A stretch of DNA of 64,000 nt, taken from assembly GCA_012295275.1 (NCBI GenBank), contig CM022667.1:558001-622000 (forward strand), written 5' to 3'. The position numbers and the translations under genes were made by a program. This document shows, one piece after another, positions 54,270 through 64,000 of this stretch. The DNA is from Chrysomallon squamiferum. Lineage: Eukaryota; Animalia; Mollusca. The first letter of the stretch is position 1. Each line of letters opens with the position of its first letter. The notes under the pieces were generated by a model that saw only the letters and a program-made list of their open reading frames with translations, searched no databases and had not been told where the DNA came from.

Positions 54270-57200
54270 TACAACAGAAAGAAGAAGGAGAAAAAGAAAT
54301 GTTTAATATTTATTCAAGTCCATAGTTAAACACATGTTCTCAGAAAATAAAATTATCAAACGAGCCTAATTTGAAGAGACACTTGAAAACAAGATAAAGA
54401 ATCAAACTAGCCAATCTGAAAACAGTTTTTATAGCTGGCACAGTCTCTTATATGATATAAATCTAATACAGCAGCATTCTTCGTGAAAAAATAAACAAAT
54501 TACATAATCATTTCAGAGGCAGTTTCTAAATACATTATTTATTGCGGAAATAAATAAATGGATGGAAAACTACCTAGAACAGTGTCCTCTAATAATGAAA
54601 CTTGTATGAACCTGTTCAGCTAATATTGTTTGTTAGCTCTAAGCCACTGAAAACCATTCAATCGTAGCTGCAATGGTTTCATGCAGAGATGATCTTCATT
54701 TTAAAAAATAAAGTTAAAAAAAAAATTACAATTATTATATACACGCTCATACACAGACATTTAATATGACTGCATTATAATCTGAAAACTAAGACAAAGA
54801 TGTACATTTTTTGGGGGGGGATCTAACTCAATGGTTTCCAAACTGGGCTGCTTTAGGGCAATGTGAATTTTCTAAAGATGTGACAGCAATAATTAATTTG
54901 TTGTTGATCCTAATGAGTCCTATTGTTCGTTCAAAGCGTACTGTTATTTAAAACTTACTTTCAATAGCTGGGATGGAACACACAACACTGGGAATGAACA
55001 TAGGGAGTCAAAGAAGCAGGGAACCACTGAAAGTTGTTCTGCAGAAAGAAGATATCTCATTCCGATGTTTATGAGGAATCTAAAAGATGTTGGTTTGGTG
55101 TCGCTACATACACAGTATGTATGCATAGGATGTACATTAAACAGATGATGACAAAACAATTTCAAGGAGTATTTAAATAAACTAGATCTTGATGTGTACC
55201 AGTTAAAGACAATACAGATGGACATCTGCACAAATGATTGCTGGAAATTGCCAATGAAGTAATATTTAAAGGGACAGCAGGTAAGTCATACCTCTGATTT
55301 AAACACAGTATTATTAACTACTACGTGGTATAGGAGTAAGTGCTTAAAATACAGCAAAGTCCACGATCCTTAAAAAATGTTAGAAAAAAGTCAGTGTTTA
55401 GAAAACCTGTTATTTTTGTTTGTGTGTTTTTTTAAATATATGGATCTTGTATGGTCCAAAAGAGTATCACATTCATTCCTGAAGCACCCCTGACATGGGC
55501 ACAGTTATTTAACGGTAATGTAAGACACACCAGTGTTTTTAACAACAGAATATTTTTTTCTGTAAACACAACTCCTAGATCTGATTAGTTATGATGTTAA
55601 CAGTCCTCTCTGTTTAAGCTAAAATAATGATGTAATGATGACCATTTACTTTCACAATAATTAATCTTCTTTCTCAACATAAAAATAATATTGATGTTAA
55701 TAGTTTTGCTATGAAAATAAAAAATATGGTTTTGTTTAGGTTATTAATGCTAATTTGAAAATAAAATAATATTTAAGTGACAATATTAGCTCCAGTCTGA
55801 ATTCAAATAAATCTGTGCAAATCTTTTCAGTGTCATTCTGTTTTATTCAAAATGTTTTGCCAATTAAAATTTGTTTTTATAATCCTTAATGTTACAGTAA
55901 AAACCAGAACCCCAAAACAGAATAAATGTTTAAGTGGTTAGAATTGTTCTTAAAATATATGTATCACTATGGTAAACTTTTAAAATGCTAGTATTCATTT
56001 ATTATAAACTATTTCTTTTTCTTTAATTTGAAATATTATGTATAATATTATGTTTTGCTGTGAATACTGTGACAGCATGGAAAATTATATCACACTATTA
56101 ATAACCTCACAGAAAAGTAAGTAAGAAGGCTTAACCCAACAAAACCATATTAACTTTCTTAACCTAACTTTTATTTTCCTGACGAATATATTTGCTCACA
56201 TTTTATGCTCATATGCTCCTAATGAAAATAAATTCAATGCAAGAAACAAAGAAAAACATGAGAAAAGAAAGAAAGAAGTAAGATAAAGAAAAATATCACA
56301 TTATTGTTACCAACTTCACAACGAAAAGCAAAAAGTTTTAATTTATCAAGACTACATTAATATTTGTTTTAAAACATACCTGTTTCATGATTATTATTAT
56401 TTTTGTGATGAATGTCTTTCCTCCAATTTTATACAAAACCGTGAATATGAAATATTCTACACTATCTATTAAATCTTACCTCTTGAAGATTGGGATCAAT
56501 TTTCCAGATTCGAAGACTCTGGTCACGTGACCAAGTAACCAACAACCTGTCTTTGTAACCTGTATAATAAAATACACTTGATTATAGCAAATTAATTAAT
56601 GACATAACAACACCTTTTGATAACATTAATGATTTTTATAAATTACTTGACAAAATATCCATGTTTATAACAAATTAACTAACGACATATCAATACCTTT
56701 TAATAATATTAATGATTATTATAAATTATTAGACAAAATATACATGTTTATAACAAATTAATTACTTGATTCTGTAATGATAAAGAGGAAAACCACAACC
56801 AGCTGTAGCCATTTTATATGAGTTGCATTAATTTCTAGTTTGGGAAAACACATACAGAATGACTGAAATAAGAAGACACACCATCTGTTGGAACTGGAAA
56901 AAGCAAACTGGAGTACCTAGCGATGACTGAGTGATGCACAATTCATAATTTCGGCTGTTTTGTTGAATGGGAGCATGTTAGCATGTATTTGTTTAAATAA
57001 ACATATATGTGTAAGTAAGAATGCATTCAGATTGTTATTATTATTTTTTTTTTTTTCCACTTTGTTAGAATGATTAGGTAAACTAATTGATCAGGTTGTC
57101 ATTGAAAAATTATTATCTCTTTGAAATATTGCTTAAAAATCAAATTTCATTTATTGATAAGGAGAGAGCTTTGTCTTTATTTTATTGTGGGTATCCTATC

Positions 57201-57460
57201 TTTACTAAGGATAACAGTAACAGATTATATATCAGTAAGATACCCTGAAATCCATCCATCTGCTAACAAAATTTATTAAAAGTTTTTACTCTTTACTTCA
57301 GACTATGATGACAACAGCATTTTTAAATTCCTGTTTACTGTTTGCAGCTCAAATTTTAAATGTTTATAATTCAAGTGGGATTTGGTGGGATTTTTATTTT
57401 TATTATTATTATTATTATTAATTTATTTATTTACTTATTTGTTTGTTTGTGGGATTTTTA

Positions 57461-57497
<37 letters not shown>

Positions 57498-57799
57498 TTA
57501 TTTATTTACTTGTTTGTTTGTTTGTTTGTTTGTTTGTTTGTTTGTTTGTTTATTTATTTATTTATTTATTTATTTATTTTTTTGAATACACAGAAAACCA
57601 CTGTATTCTGTTTAGGTAAATTTACCTTCAGCCATCTTCCTCCACTGAAACTCAAGAACAACGTCTCTGTGACCTAGAAATGTGTGCATGGGCATTGAGA
57701 GGTTTCCATTGAACCACAGGTAAAGTCTGTTCTCTACTGGCTTCAACTGCGGCACAACTACAGTGATCAACCCGTCACCAAAGGGCTAAAATAATAAAA

Positions 57800-57835
<36 letters not shown>

Positions 57836-60800
57836 AACAACAATCATAAAAACGATAAAATTTCTCGATTTAAAATTTAAAAATGTCATACTGCTTATGT
57901 TTTAAACTGAATGACATGACAAAAGGTACACAATGTACGTTAACAAATTTAATTAGAAAAAATGTTAATATTTCTGTTTTTTTAAATATTTTTGGTTGTG
58001 ATGATTTTTGTTTATTAAAGATGGTCAGAATAAAGGTATATTTAATTCTGCCATCATTTCTATTTTATTCTAATTAAATTATTCTAAAGGAGACGATTTT
58101 TCTGTTAATTTTTATTATACCTAGTTATTATTATTTACACACACAAAATAAAATTATTCACTGCTTAAATACATTATAAACAAAATATACCCATAAATAA
58201 AAAAATATATAAAAAAAAATTAATTTTCTAAATTTGAAATTAATTAAGTTTAGCTGTTTTACATTGTTTTATTTTAATAGTTTATTTCAAATATTAACAT
58301 CAGTGTTAAAAAACCCATTGATTCTGTATGTCAAGGGATATAACTCACTGTGTATCTAGCTCTCCAGACAGGTGCGTTTGTTTTCAGCATCGTTTCACTG
58401 TGGCGTGGGTTGGTGCAGTCCCAAAACTATAAAATAAAAAAATAAATAAATAAATAAATTATATAAAATTAAAAAAAAAAAAAAAAAAAAAAAGAAAACA
58501 AATGAAAGCAAGCAGAAATGTGCATTATAAATATTTTGTTTATACAACATCTCAGCTTCATTTGAAAAGCCAGTATTTATTTTTATAAACTGCAATATAT
58601 TCATAACAACTCAAGTTAATTTAATTAATTTGTAATCAGTTATTCTTAACTTAAAATTTCCTTAATTAGCAGTTTATAACCAGCTTGAAATATTTCTGTG
58701 GTGAAATATTTTCTCATCTTTCTGTTGTTCTCAAAAAAAAAAAACTTATGAACTAATACATTCAGAAACTTTGTCAACTATTTACAGCAGTAATATTACA
58801 AGAATATTCAGTTATTGACAGTTATCTACCAATACAATACAAATTTCTTAATAATAATTTAACACTTTCATTTATGTAACATAAACAAATTCTGAATAAT
58901 TTAACATCATCATCTTCTCAAGCTCAAATGATTTTCATCATTTATATTTTACTTTCAAAGCAGCTTTCTCTAACGAATTTATGAACAATAATTTGATTTA
59001 TTGTTTTAAAAAGTAATGTTTAATGACCTAATTATAGACTGAGTTGACACTGATTTATACAGTAATACTTAGACACATTTAAATTAACCATTTAAGCTAA
59101 CATAGATTTATAATGTTTAAAAATCACATAATTAACCATTTAAGCTAACATAGATTTATAATGTTTAAAAATCACATAATTATAATCCATTTAAGTATAT
59201 ACTGGTTTATAATAGTCATGTTTAAAATCACTTACTCTAATAATTTGACATGTTGTTTTAAAAAATAATGTTTAATTACATAATTATAATCTATTTATGT
59301 TGATATTGGTTTATACAGTAACATTCAGCCACGTAATTATAACCCATTTAAGCTAATATAGATTTATAAAGTTTAAAAATCACATTATTATAATCCATTT
59401 ATAAAGTTACAAAATCACATAATTATAACCAATTTAAGCTAATAGAGATTTATAAATATTAAAAATCACATAATTACAATGCATTTAAATTAATATAAAT
59501 TTATATTGTTTATAATTATAATCCGTTTAAGCAGATATTGGTTTATAACAGTAAAGTTTAAAATCACATAATTATAATCCATTTAAGCTAATGTAGATTT
59601 ATAAAGATTAAAAAAAATCACATAATTATAATTCATTTAAGCTAATATAGATTTATAACATTTAAAAATGACATAATTATAACACATTCAAACAGACACT
59701 GGTTTATAACAGTAAGGTTTAAAATCACTTACTCTCACACAACAATCCTGACTTGCAGTCACTAGGTGATACTGACTGCGAGGACTCCAGTCTAAGCCAT
59801 GAATCTTAGACAGGTGAGCTGTTATGTACTGCAGAGGCTGGTTCCCTTTCTGTGTAGATAAAAACAACAACTTACAAAACTGAGCAATAGAGTATACAGC
59901 AGGATATAAAATAAGTAGAAAACACTACAAACAGTAGTTCAAAATGATAAAGAGTGTATGTAGTAGTAGTTTTGAAGTGCTCAATTTTGCAGAATGTAAT
60001 GGAAACACTGAACTATGATGACTGTAACAGAACAACATTATAAAAAATTAAACAATATAAAATAATACACTATAAAGAAATTCCTTAGAAATGTTCACCA
60101 CATCAAAAGAAAATTTTCTATTATTGATTTATTGCAAAATGAAAATTAAAAAAAAAGAAGAATATTTACATACATATTTAAAAAGACAAATTTTCTTCTT
60201 AAATTTCTATTTAACATAATTTAATAAGAGAGAGACAGTTGTAAAATAAAAATGTAATTGATTTAAGAATGTTAAATGTAAATTGTTATTACCCTTGGAT
60301 CCCAAATCCTCAGATCTCCTTCATGTGTGGTTGCAAACAGGTTGTTGGTCACTTTGTTCCATTTCACTTGATAGGCACCAGCTGAAAACACATATATCCA
60401 GTTATGAATGAAAGAGAATGTATTTACTTAACAATATCTCAACTCATTCTCTATGAATCTTATTAATAAATGATTGCATTAAATTATATCACTGCAACCA
60501 TTTTTATCTATTCTTAATAATTAACAGCAGAGCATCTTTTATAGGTATATTCTTATAAAAAAGTGTTTTTGAAAAGCTATTTTTGGACTCTGTTTGGAAC
60601 AGGATATCATCCTAATCCTGATCTCCTATTATATAATTCTTTTTAGTTACTTTTAATCAAATTAATTCAAGTTTAGTCAGGTAAACTGGTCTTTTTAATT
60701 TTTCTTTCTTTTATTATTTTTTTTATTACTTTTTTTTTAATACTAGAAAAATTATTACTAATAAAGAATTTTAAAAACATTATATCTAATAACAAAAAAC

Positions 60801-61849
60801 AACAACATATACACACACACACCCATGAACTTCAAAAATCATAGATACTTACCAACTGCTTGGAAAGACGAGGTAGGTTTTTTAGAATCACTGAAATGAA
60901 ATTGAAATGCAATCAGGCTCTTTCACATTTCTCCTGAACACCGAGCTTTCTTGCATTATTAACAATATTAATAAAAAAAAGTTAATTTTTTAAAGTCATG
61001 ACTGCAGCATTTATTTCCATTTCTATCCAGTGGACAAATAAGATTCAAACTTTATACAATTAACTTTTCAATCATAAAAAAATATTTTCGGTTTCTTTCT
61101 AACACAAGCTAATTAAATGTGACTTTTATTTACCGAATGTCCCAGAGGTAGATAAAAGTATCGACAGAACACGAAGCTATGACATTGACATCAAAAGGTG
61201 ACCAATCAACATCACTGAAATTAAAACAAACAAGAAATCTTCATCTGAATGAAATGAATGATCGGTATAAAATTATTAATATATGTGAATGAATTAAAAC
61301 GTCAATTTAGTTGTGTTTAAAATTGTCTTTAATGTATTTTATATTTTGGGGCGGTAAAGAAAACTGTCTTTTCTAACAAATAAGTTTGGGAATAAACTAA
61401 GATTTGTAAAGCTTTATATTTTAGATTTTATAATAACAGTAGACAATATTTCAAAAAAAAAAACTTACCTAATAGTGCGAGTATGAGCTTTTAGAGTACA
61501 TATGTTGGTAATACCACCATTTACCCACGACGATACATCCAGTCTTTGATTACTCTGAAATACAAACATTTGAAAATTTTATTAAATAAGAGGAAAAAAA
61601 AAAAAAAAAAAAATGTATATTTGAAACTAATAATAATTTTTTTTTTTTTTTTACATTTTGTATGTTTAAAAAAATATATATAATAAACATAACAAGCTAT
61701 ATATGTATATGTGTGTGTGTGTGTGTATATATATATATACCCACACTCACACATAAACACACACACACTCACACAGACACACACACACACACACACATAT
61801 ATATAAACATAAGCTGTATGTTTTCTAGATAATAAAAATTAAGTTGATT

Positions 61850-61881
<32 letters not shown>

Positions 61882-62387
61882 CAGACAGACAGACAGACAC
61901 ACAGACAGACAGTCAGACAGACAGAAGCACTTATGTTTCTCTAACAAAAAAACATAAATAGTTAACTGTGAGACACGTTTATTTGTAAAAACTGGCAGTA
62001 ATTATGAACATCTGAATATACAGCACATAATCTTTTGTATCTGTTATGTATAAAAAGCGGTTGTAATTTTCAATATCCAGCATTATTATTTTTAAAATTT
62101 CACTTACAGCTGTAACGTAAGTCTCAGCTTCACAAGCATGTGGGTTATACTGAACACAATTTACATCCCATTTACTCTGTCTGTTTACTTTGATCACCTT
62201 CTCTATCGGGTTAGACAAATCTACAAGAGCAAGGGATCGCCGCCTGCAAATAAATACAATAAAGATGTAAAGTTATGTTGTTTCTAAAACTTATTTGACA
62301 TAATGTATTACAGAATTAATAATGTATAACATACACACGCATAGACACAGACACAAACACATAAAACTAATAGAATTAACAGGATTC

Positions 62388-62421
<34 letters not shown>

Positions 62422-62707
62422 GTGTGTGTATTAATCCATTAAAGCTTATTTTTAAAAATGTACATGATGATTATCTTGTAATTTATCACATCATACATAC
62501 ATAATCATTTATTTGCGTTTTTTTTTTTTTTTTTTTTTTTTTTTCTAACCAAGAAACTGTTGTCTTCAGAAAATTTAAAAATCAATATAGTTAATTTACT
62601 AAGATAATTATGGCAAGGAAAAATAATTTTATATTAAACTGGTACATACCCTGCTAGCAATGCATACCGCCCCAAACAATCCACAGCCATAGCATTGGCC
62701 TGGAAAA

Positions 62708-62746
<39 letters not shown>

Positions 62747-63094
62747 ATGTTAAGTAAGGAATAAAGTTTGTGTGTAAAAATGTAATCAAATGCTTTGTTA
62801 ATTACTACTAACATTTGATTTTATAAACTGGAAGCTTAAGTAATAATAATAGTAATCATGAACATAAAAAATTTATAAACGGAATTTGTTCGACATTATG
62901 TCCCTAACGAAAACATAATCCATTGGAATAACTGGTAGTTTTGTGAATATATTTAAAACGTCGGCAACTACTGTGTTCATACAAAAAGAATGATATGATA
63001 AAATTATTGAAGACAGCTGCTGTAGGTTTTCGAAATTCACCTGCAAGTCTTTGTATTCCGCAACAACTTGTTCGGAGCTCCATCGCCCTGCCAT
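25255..63094 (-). CDS. WDR59: GATOR2 complex subunit WDR59 (WD40 propeller, RWD domain, C-terminal zinc finger/RING), about 955 aa, about 26 exons
   Basis: Colinear with recalled human WDR59 from MAGRWSSEQVVAEYKDLQ through AHLSKIHGLDW, LVTWSRDQSLRIW, PQTLQQEFSLIN, FPRTSGARFC and DVQTLAMLC to NFCLTCGHGGH...VCPTGCGCNC. Splice phases are consistent except for a 1-nt break in exon 17. Confidence 0.96.
25737..25844 (-). CDS. WDR59: WDR59 penultimate exon (zinc finger)
   Basis: DFAVYCHRCSHEVKDPECQNCTYVALQCCVCHLGVK. Confidence 0.93.
26314..26456 (-). CDS. WDR59: WDR59 exon
   Basis: MLDPAFSTQHDSFKKVYANLLYCWGL...ILKFMSSVPDPHRGI. Confidence 0.93.
27169..27295 (-). CDS. WDR59: WDR59 exon (RSNSWS region)
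   Basis: MKNKRSNSWSESYDNDYQICEEKDPAERAAEKEREMHKLQC; phase 1 to 2. Confidence 0.88.
27510..27600. repeat. About 36-bp tandem repeat, about 2.5 copies
   Basis: aaaataattaaaataacatca(t/a)tagttaagtgtacttt repeated. Confidence 0.8.
28663..28748. repeat. Compound microsatellite (TG)n(AG)n
   Basis: Directly visible. Confidence 0.95.
30615..30713 (-). CDS. WDR59: WDR59 candidate cassette exon (99 nt, phase 1 to 1)
   Basis: ctaccccctccag|...AAG|gtatgt; GQNNPSASANTGVGPVSEVASHPNLYALFKHQ. Confidence 0.6.
33150..33204 (-). CDS. WDR59: WDR59 candidate alternative exon B (phase 0 to 1)
   Basis: cttcttttccgcag|...A|gtaagt; YNPYHTVSSVSLLKSFKS (a PYHT motif is recalled from invertebrate WDR59). Confidence 0.72.
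33335..34180. repeat. CA/TACA-rich low-complexity microsatellite region
   Basis: Directly visible; source of spurious HT- and VC-rich ORFs. Confidence 0.85.
37235..37692. repeat. AT-rich minisatellite (about 75-85-bp units, about 4 copies) with (AAAT)n
   Basis: Repeated aagaataaataagtacataaaaaataagcaaaaacacaatatgaac. Confidence 0.85.
37810..37830 (-). CDS. WDR59: WDR59 candidate 21-nt microexon
   Basis: ctaatttgttaattag|GTTATGGACGTCAGAACATGG|gtaaga; frame-preserving and open in phases 0 and 1. Confidence 0.4.
41529..41589 (-). CDS. WDR59: WDR59 candidate alternative exon A (phase 0 to 1)
   Basis: tttttccaccttag|...C|gtaagt; TDANITYYLGSSTDSGWSLL. Confidence 0.65.
42933..43068 (-). CDS. WDR59: WDR59 exon 21
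   Basis: LDHYGSLFDVQTLAMLCCIFW...YVPAN; ends in phase 0. Confidence 0.92.
43710..43822 (-). CDS. WDR59: WDR59 exon 20
   Basis: IWSLVSV...DPDRGPPWASSQFGRPLLKT. Confidence 0.92.
44318..44399 (-). CDS. WDR59: WDR59 exon 19
   Basis: LDPTDIPKTCCHNAAAAADVGRKDLAQ. Confidence 0.92.
44560..44960. repeat. Degenerate tandem repeat of about 30-45 bp
   Basis: Recurring gtgataacttactgaaatgggaaata-like units. Confidence 0.65.
45136..45296 (-). CDS. WDR59: WDR59 exon 18
   Basis: KPRSRSK...VKVYDMSALLPVSKQLAENY. Confidence 0.92.
45775..45921 (-). CDS. WDR59: WDR59 exon 17 (contains an apparent 1-nt frame break near 45830-45833)
   Basis: 5' frame KSLSELTVY...LFSQSP and 3' frame PSASADSFSISAFYTYKEK both match WDR59 but lie in different frames. 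Confidence 0.75.
46275..46344 (-). CDS. WDR59: WDR59 exon 16
   Basis: GKLVVFQRPPEMKKIARGEEVTP. Confidence 0.9.
46625..46803 (-). mobile_element. Decayed tRNA-derived SINE (5' portion)
   Basis: Minus strand GATGTAGCTCAGTTATAG (A-box-like) ... GTAGGATCAGTCC (B-box-like), then attggtctttttccaattctagccaatgc; resembles a gastropod SINE recalled from memory; no intact tRNA cloverleaf seen. Confidence 0.55.
46886..47048 (-). CDS. WDR59: WDR59 exon 15
   Basis: KMERKSP...FQDSSVPFPRTSGARFCSV. Confidence 0.92.
47500..47595 (-). CDS. WDR59: WDR59 exon 14
   Basis: VLTSTSQNQVQRKMNCLEPCLRQLIAALDNMT. Confidence 0.92.
48438..48599 (-). CDS. WDR59: WDR59 exon 13 (RWD domain)
   Basis: MDAINRTCKV...FPTNYPNGTPPSFQF...KQLIK. 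Confidence 0.93.
49012..49215 (-). CDS. WDR59: WDR59 exon 12
   Basis: LCGHCP...KPQTLQQEFSLINKNINNVTIEE. Confidence 0.88.
56480..56559 (-). CDS. WDR59: WDR59 exon 11
   Basis: GYKDRLLVTWSRDQSLRIWKIDPNLQE. Confidence 0.93.
57626..57785 (-). CDS. WDR59: WDR59 exon 10
   Basis: PFGDGLITVVVPQL...HTFLGHRDVVLEFQWRK. Confidence 0.93.
58349..58426 (-). CDS. WDR59: WDR59 exon 9
   Basis: FWDCTNPRHSETMLKTNAPVWRARYT. Confidence 0.93.
59040..59730. repeat. About 50-bp minisatellite, about 12 copies, in WDR59 intron 8
   Basis: Repeated aattataatccatttaagctaatatagatttataatgtttaaaaatcacat. Confidence 0.88.
59733..59849 (-). CDS. WDR59: WDR59 exon 8
   Basis: KGNQPLQYITAHLSKIHGLDWSP...SQDCCVR. Confidence 0.93.
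60293..60381 (-). CDS. WDR59: WDR59 exon 7
   Basis: AGAYQVKWNKVTNNLFATTHEGDLRIWDPR. Confidence 0.93.
60853..60890 (-). CDS. WDR59: WDR59 exon 6
   Basis: DSKKPTSSFQAV; 38 nt. Confidence 0.9.
61134..61214 (-). CDS. WDR59: WDR59 exon 5
   Basis: SDVDWSPFDVNVIASCSVDTFIYLWDIR. Confidence 0.93.
61469..61554 (-). CDS. WDR59: WDR59 exon 4
   Basis: SNQRLDVSSW...LKAHTRTI. Confidence 0.92.
62108..62243 (-). CDS. WDR59: WDR59 exon 3
   Basis: RRSLALVDLSNP...RQSKWDVNCVQYNPH...VTA. Confidence 0.93.
62650..62699 (-). CDS. WDR59: WDR59 exon 2
   Basis: ANAMAVDCLGRYALLAG; AG/GT bounded. Confidence 0.92.
63041..63094 (-). CDS. WDR59: WDR59 exon 1
   Basis: MAGRWSSEQVVAEYKDLQ|gtgaa. Confidence 0.92.
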
Positions 63095-63196
63095 TTTCAG
63101 CTGACATTGGGGCTATTTAAAGCGGACCCGGACACTGTGCCGGACTAAATCATTTTAGTCACTGTTGTGAAAATACGGGTTATTGTGATGATGAGG

Positions 63197-63292
<96 letters not shown>

Positions 63293-63319
63293 GGTGGTGG
63301 TGGTGGTGGTGGTGGTGGT
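63197..63319. repeat. Compound trinucleotide microsatellite (ATT)n(GTT)n(GGT)n just upstream of WDR59
   Basis: Directly visible. Confidence 0.95.
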
Positions 63320-64000
63320 ATTTCAGTTATTATCATAATCATTACCATCATCATCATCATCTAACGACTTACACAAGGCTGACAATTTCCCCTAATTAAA
63401 GCAGTTGAAATAAAAATACCAAAAACCGCATCCTCTGTCAAAACACGTTTATCATCATTTACTAAAAAAAAAACTACTACTAATATTGTAATAATAATAA
63501 AAGACAAGACAACAACAAATAAATCGAGTTGGATAATTTAATATTTGAAATCCTCGATAAGTGTGAAGTACAAACTTGTACATTTAAAAATTTCATTTAA
63601 ATGAAATACGACATCAAATTAAAGAGGTGCCATATGTCATTCCCCATTTAATTAAAACTAATGTTCAAATAAATTATTATTATTATTATTATTATTATTA
63701 CTTTTTTTTTTTTTGAACCGATAACTATTTTTCACATTTAGATACTAGAGTATTTTACAATTTAAATATATAATATATATTTTATATTACTGATTGCAAC
63801 TAATACAAATTCATTCAGTATTGTACATGCTGTATTATTTTTTATGTAAACTGAACACTCGTCATACTGGATATGTCATTAATACATATGAACCATTTAG
63901 CTGCAACTGAAATATATTTGATTAAGTAAAGAGTACATTGTAAAACGTATGTTAAAAACTCAAGTATATGTCTGTAAAGTTCATCATGGTTATTGCACAA

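Noticed and set aside
63115-63122. TATA-like TTTAAATA upstream of WDR59
   Set aside because: Only about 20 nt from the ATG, so the implied TSS would fall at or inside the CDS; such words are ubiquitous in this AT-rich DNA.

Overview
AT-rich, microsatellite-dense animal genomic DNA with spliceosomal introns. It looks like an invertebrate, possibly a gastropod mollusc; that is an inference from gene content and a decayed SINE. Four genes were reconstructed by hand from splice sites and codon phase. (1) The first three coding exons of phospholipase C-gamma (minus strand, 260-7718), which runs off the left edge. (2) A stand-alone alpha-kinase-fold gene with one coding exon (minus, 11838-12617). 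It has lost both catalytic aspartates and ends in an overlapping PSAP/PPPY late-domain motif. (3) An 8-exon, 267-aa predicted type-I membrane protein with a signal peptide and a Cys-rich luminal C2H2-like domain (plus, 20026-24138). (4) A complete WDR59 gene (GATOR2 subunit; minus, 25255-63094, about 26 exons, about 955 aa). The most notable unexplained signals are: the alpha-pseudokinase with a PSAPPPY tail; a 10-copy TCACT-AGTGA-N12-TCACT array just past the WDR59 stop; a 15.6-kb WDR59 segment holding phase-matched alternative exons, microexon candidates and a 13-bp inverted repeat; and a one-base frame break in WDR59 exon 17. Most ORFs in the supplied track are microsatellite artefacts. Homology calls rest on recalled family motifs; no searches were run.
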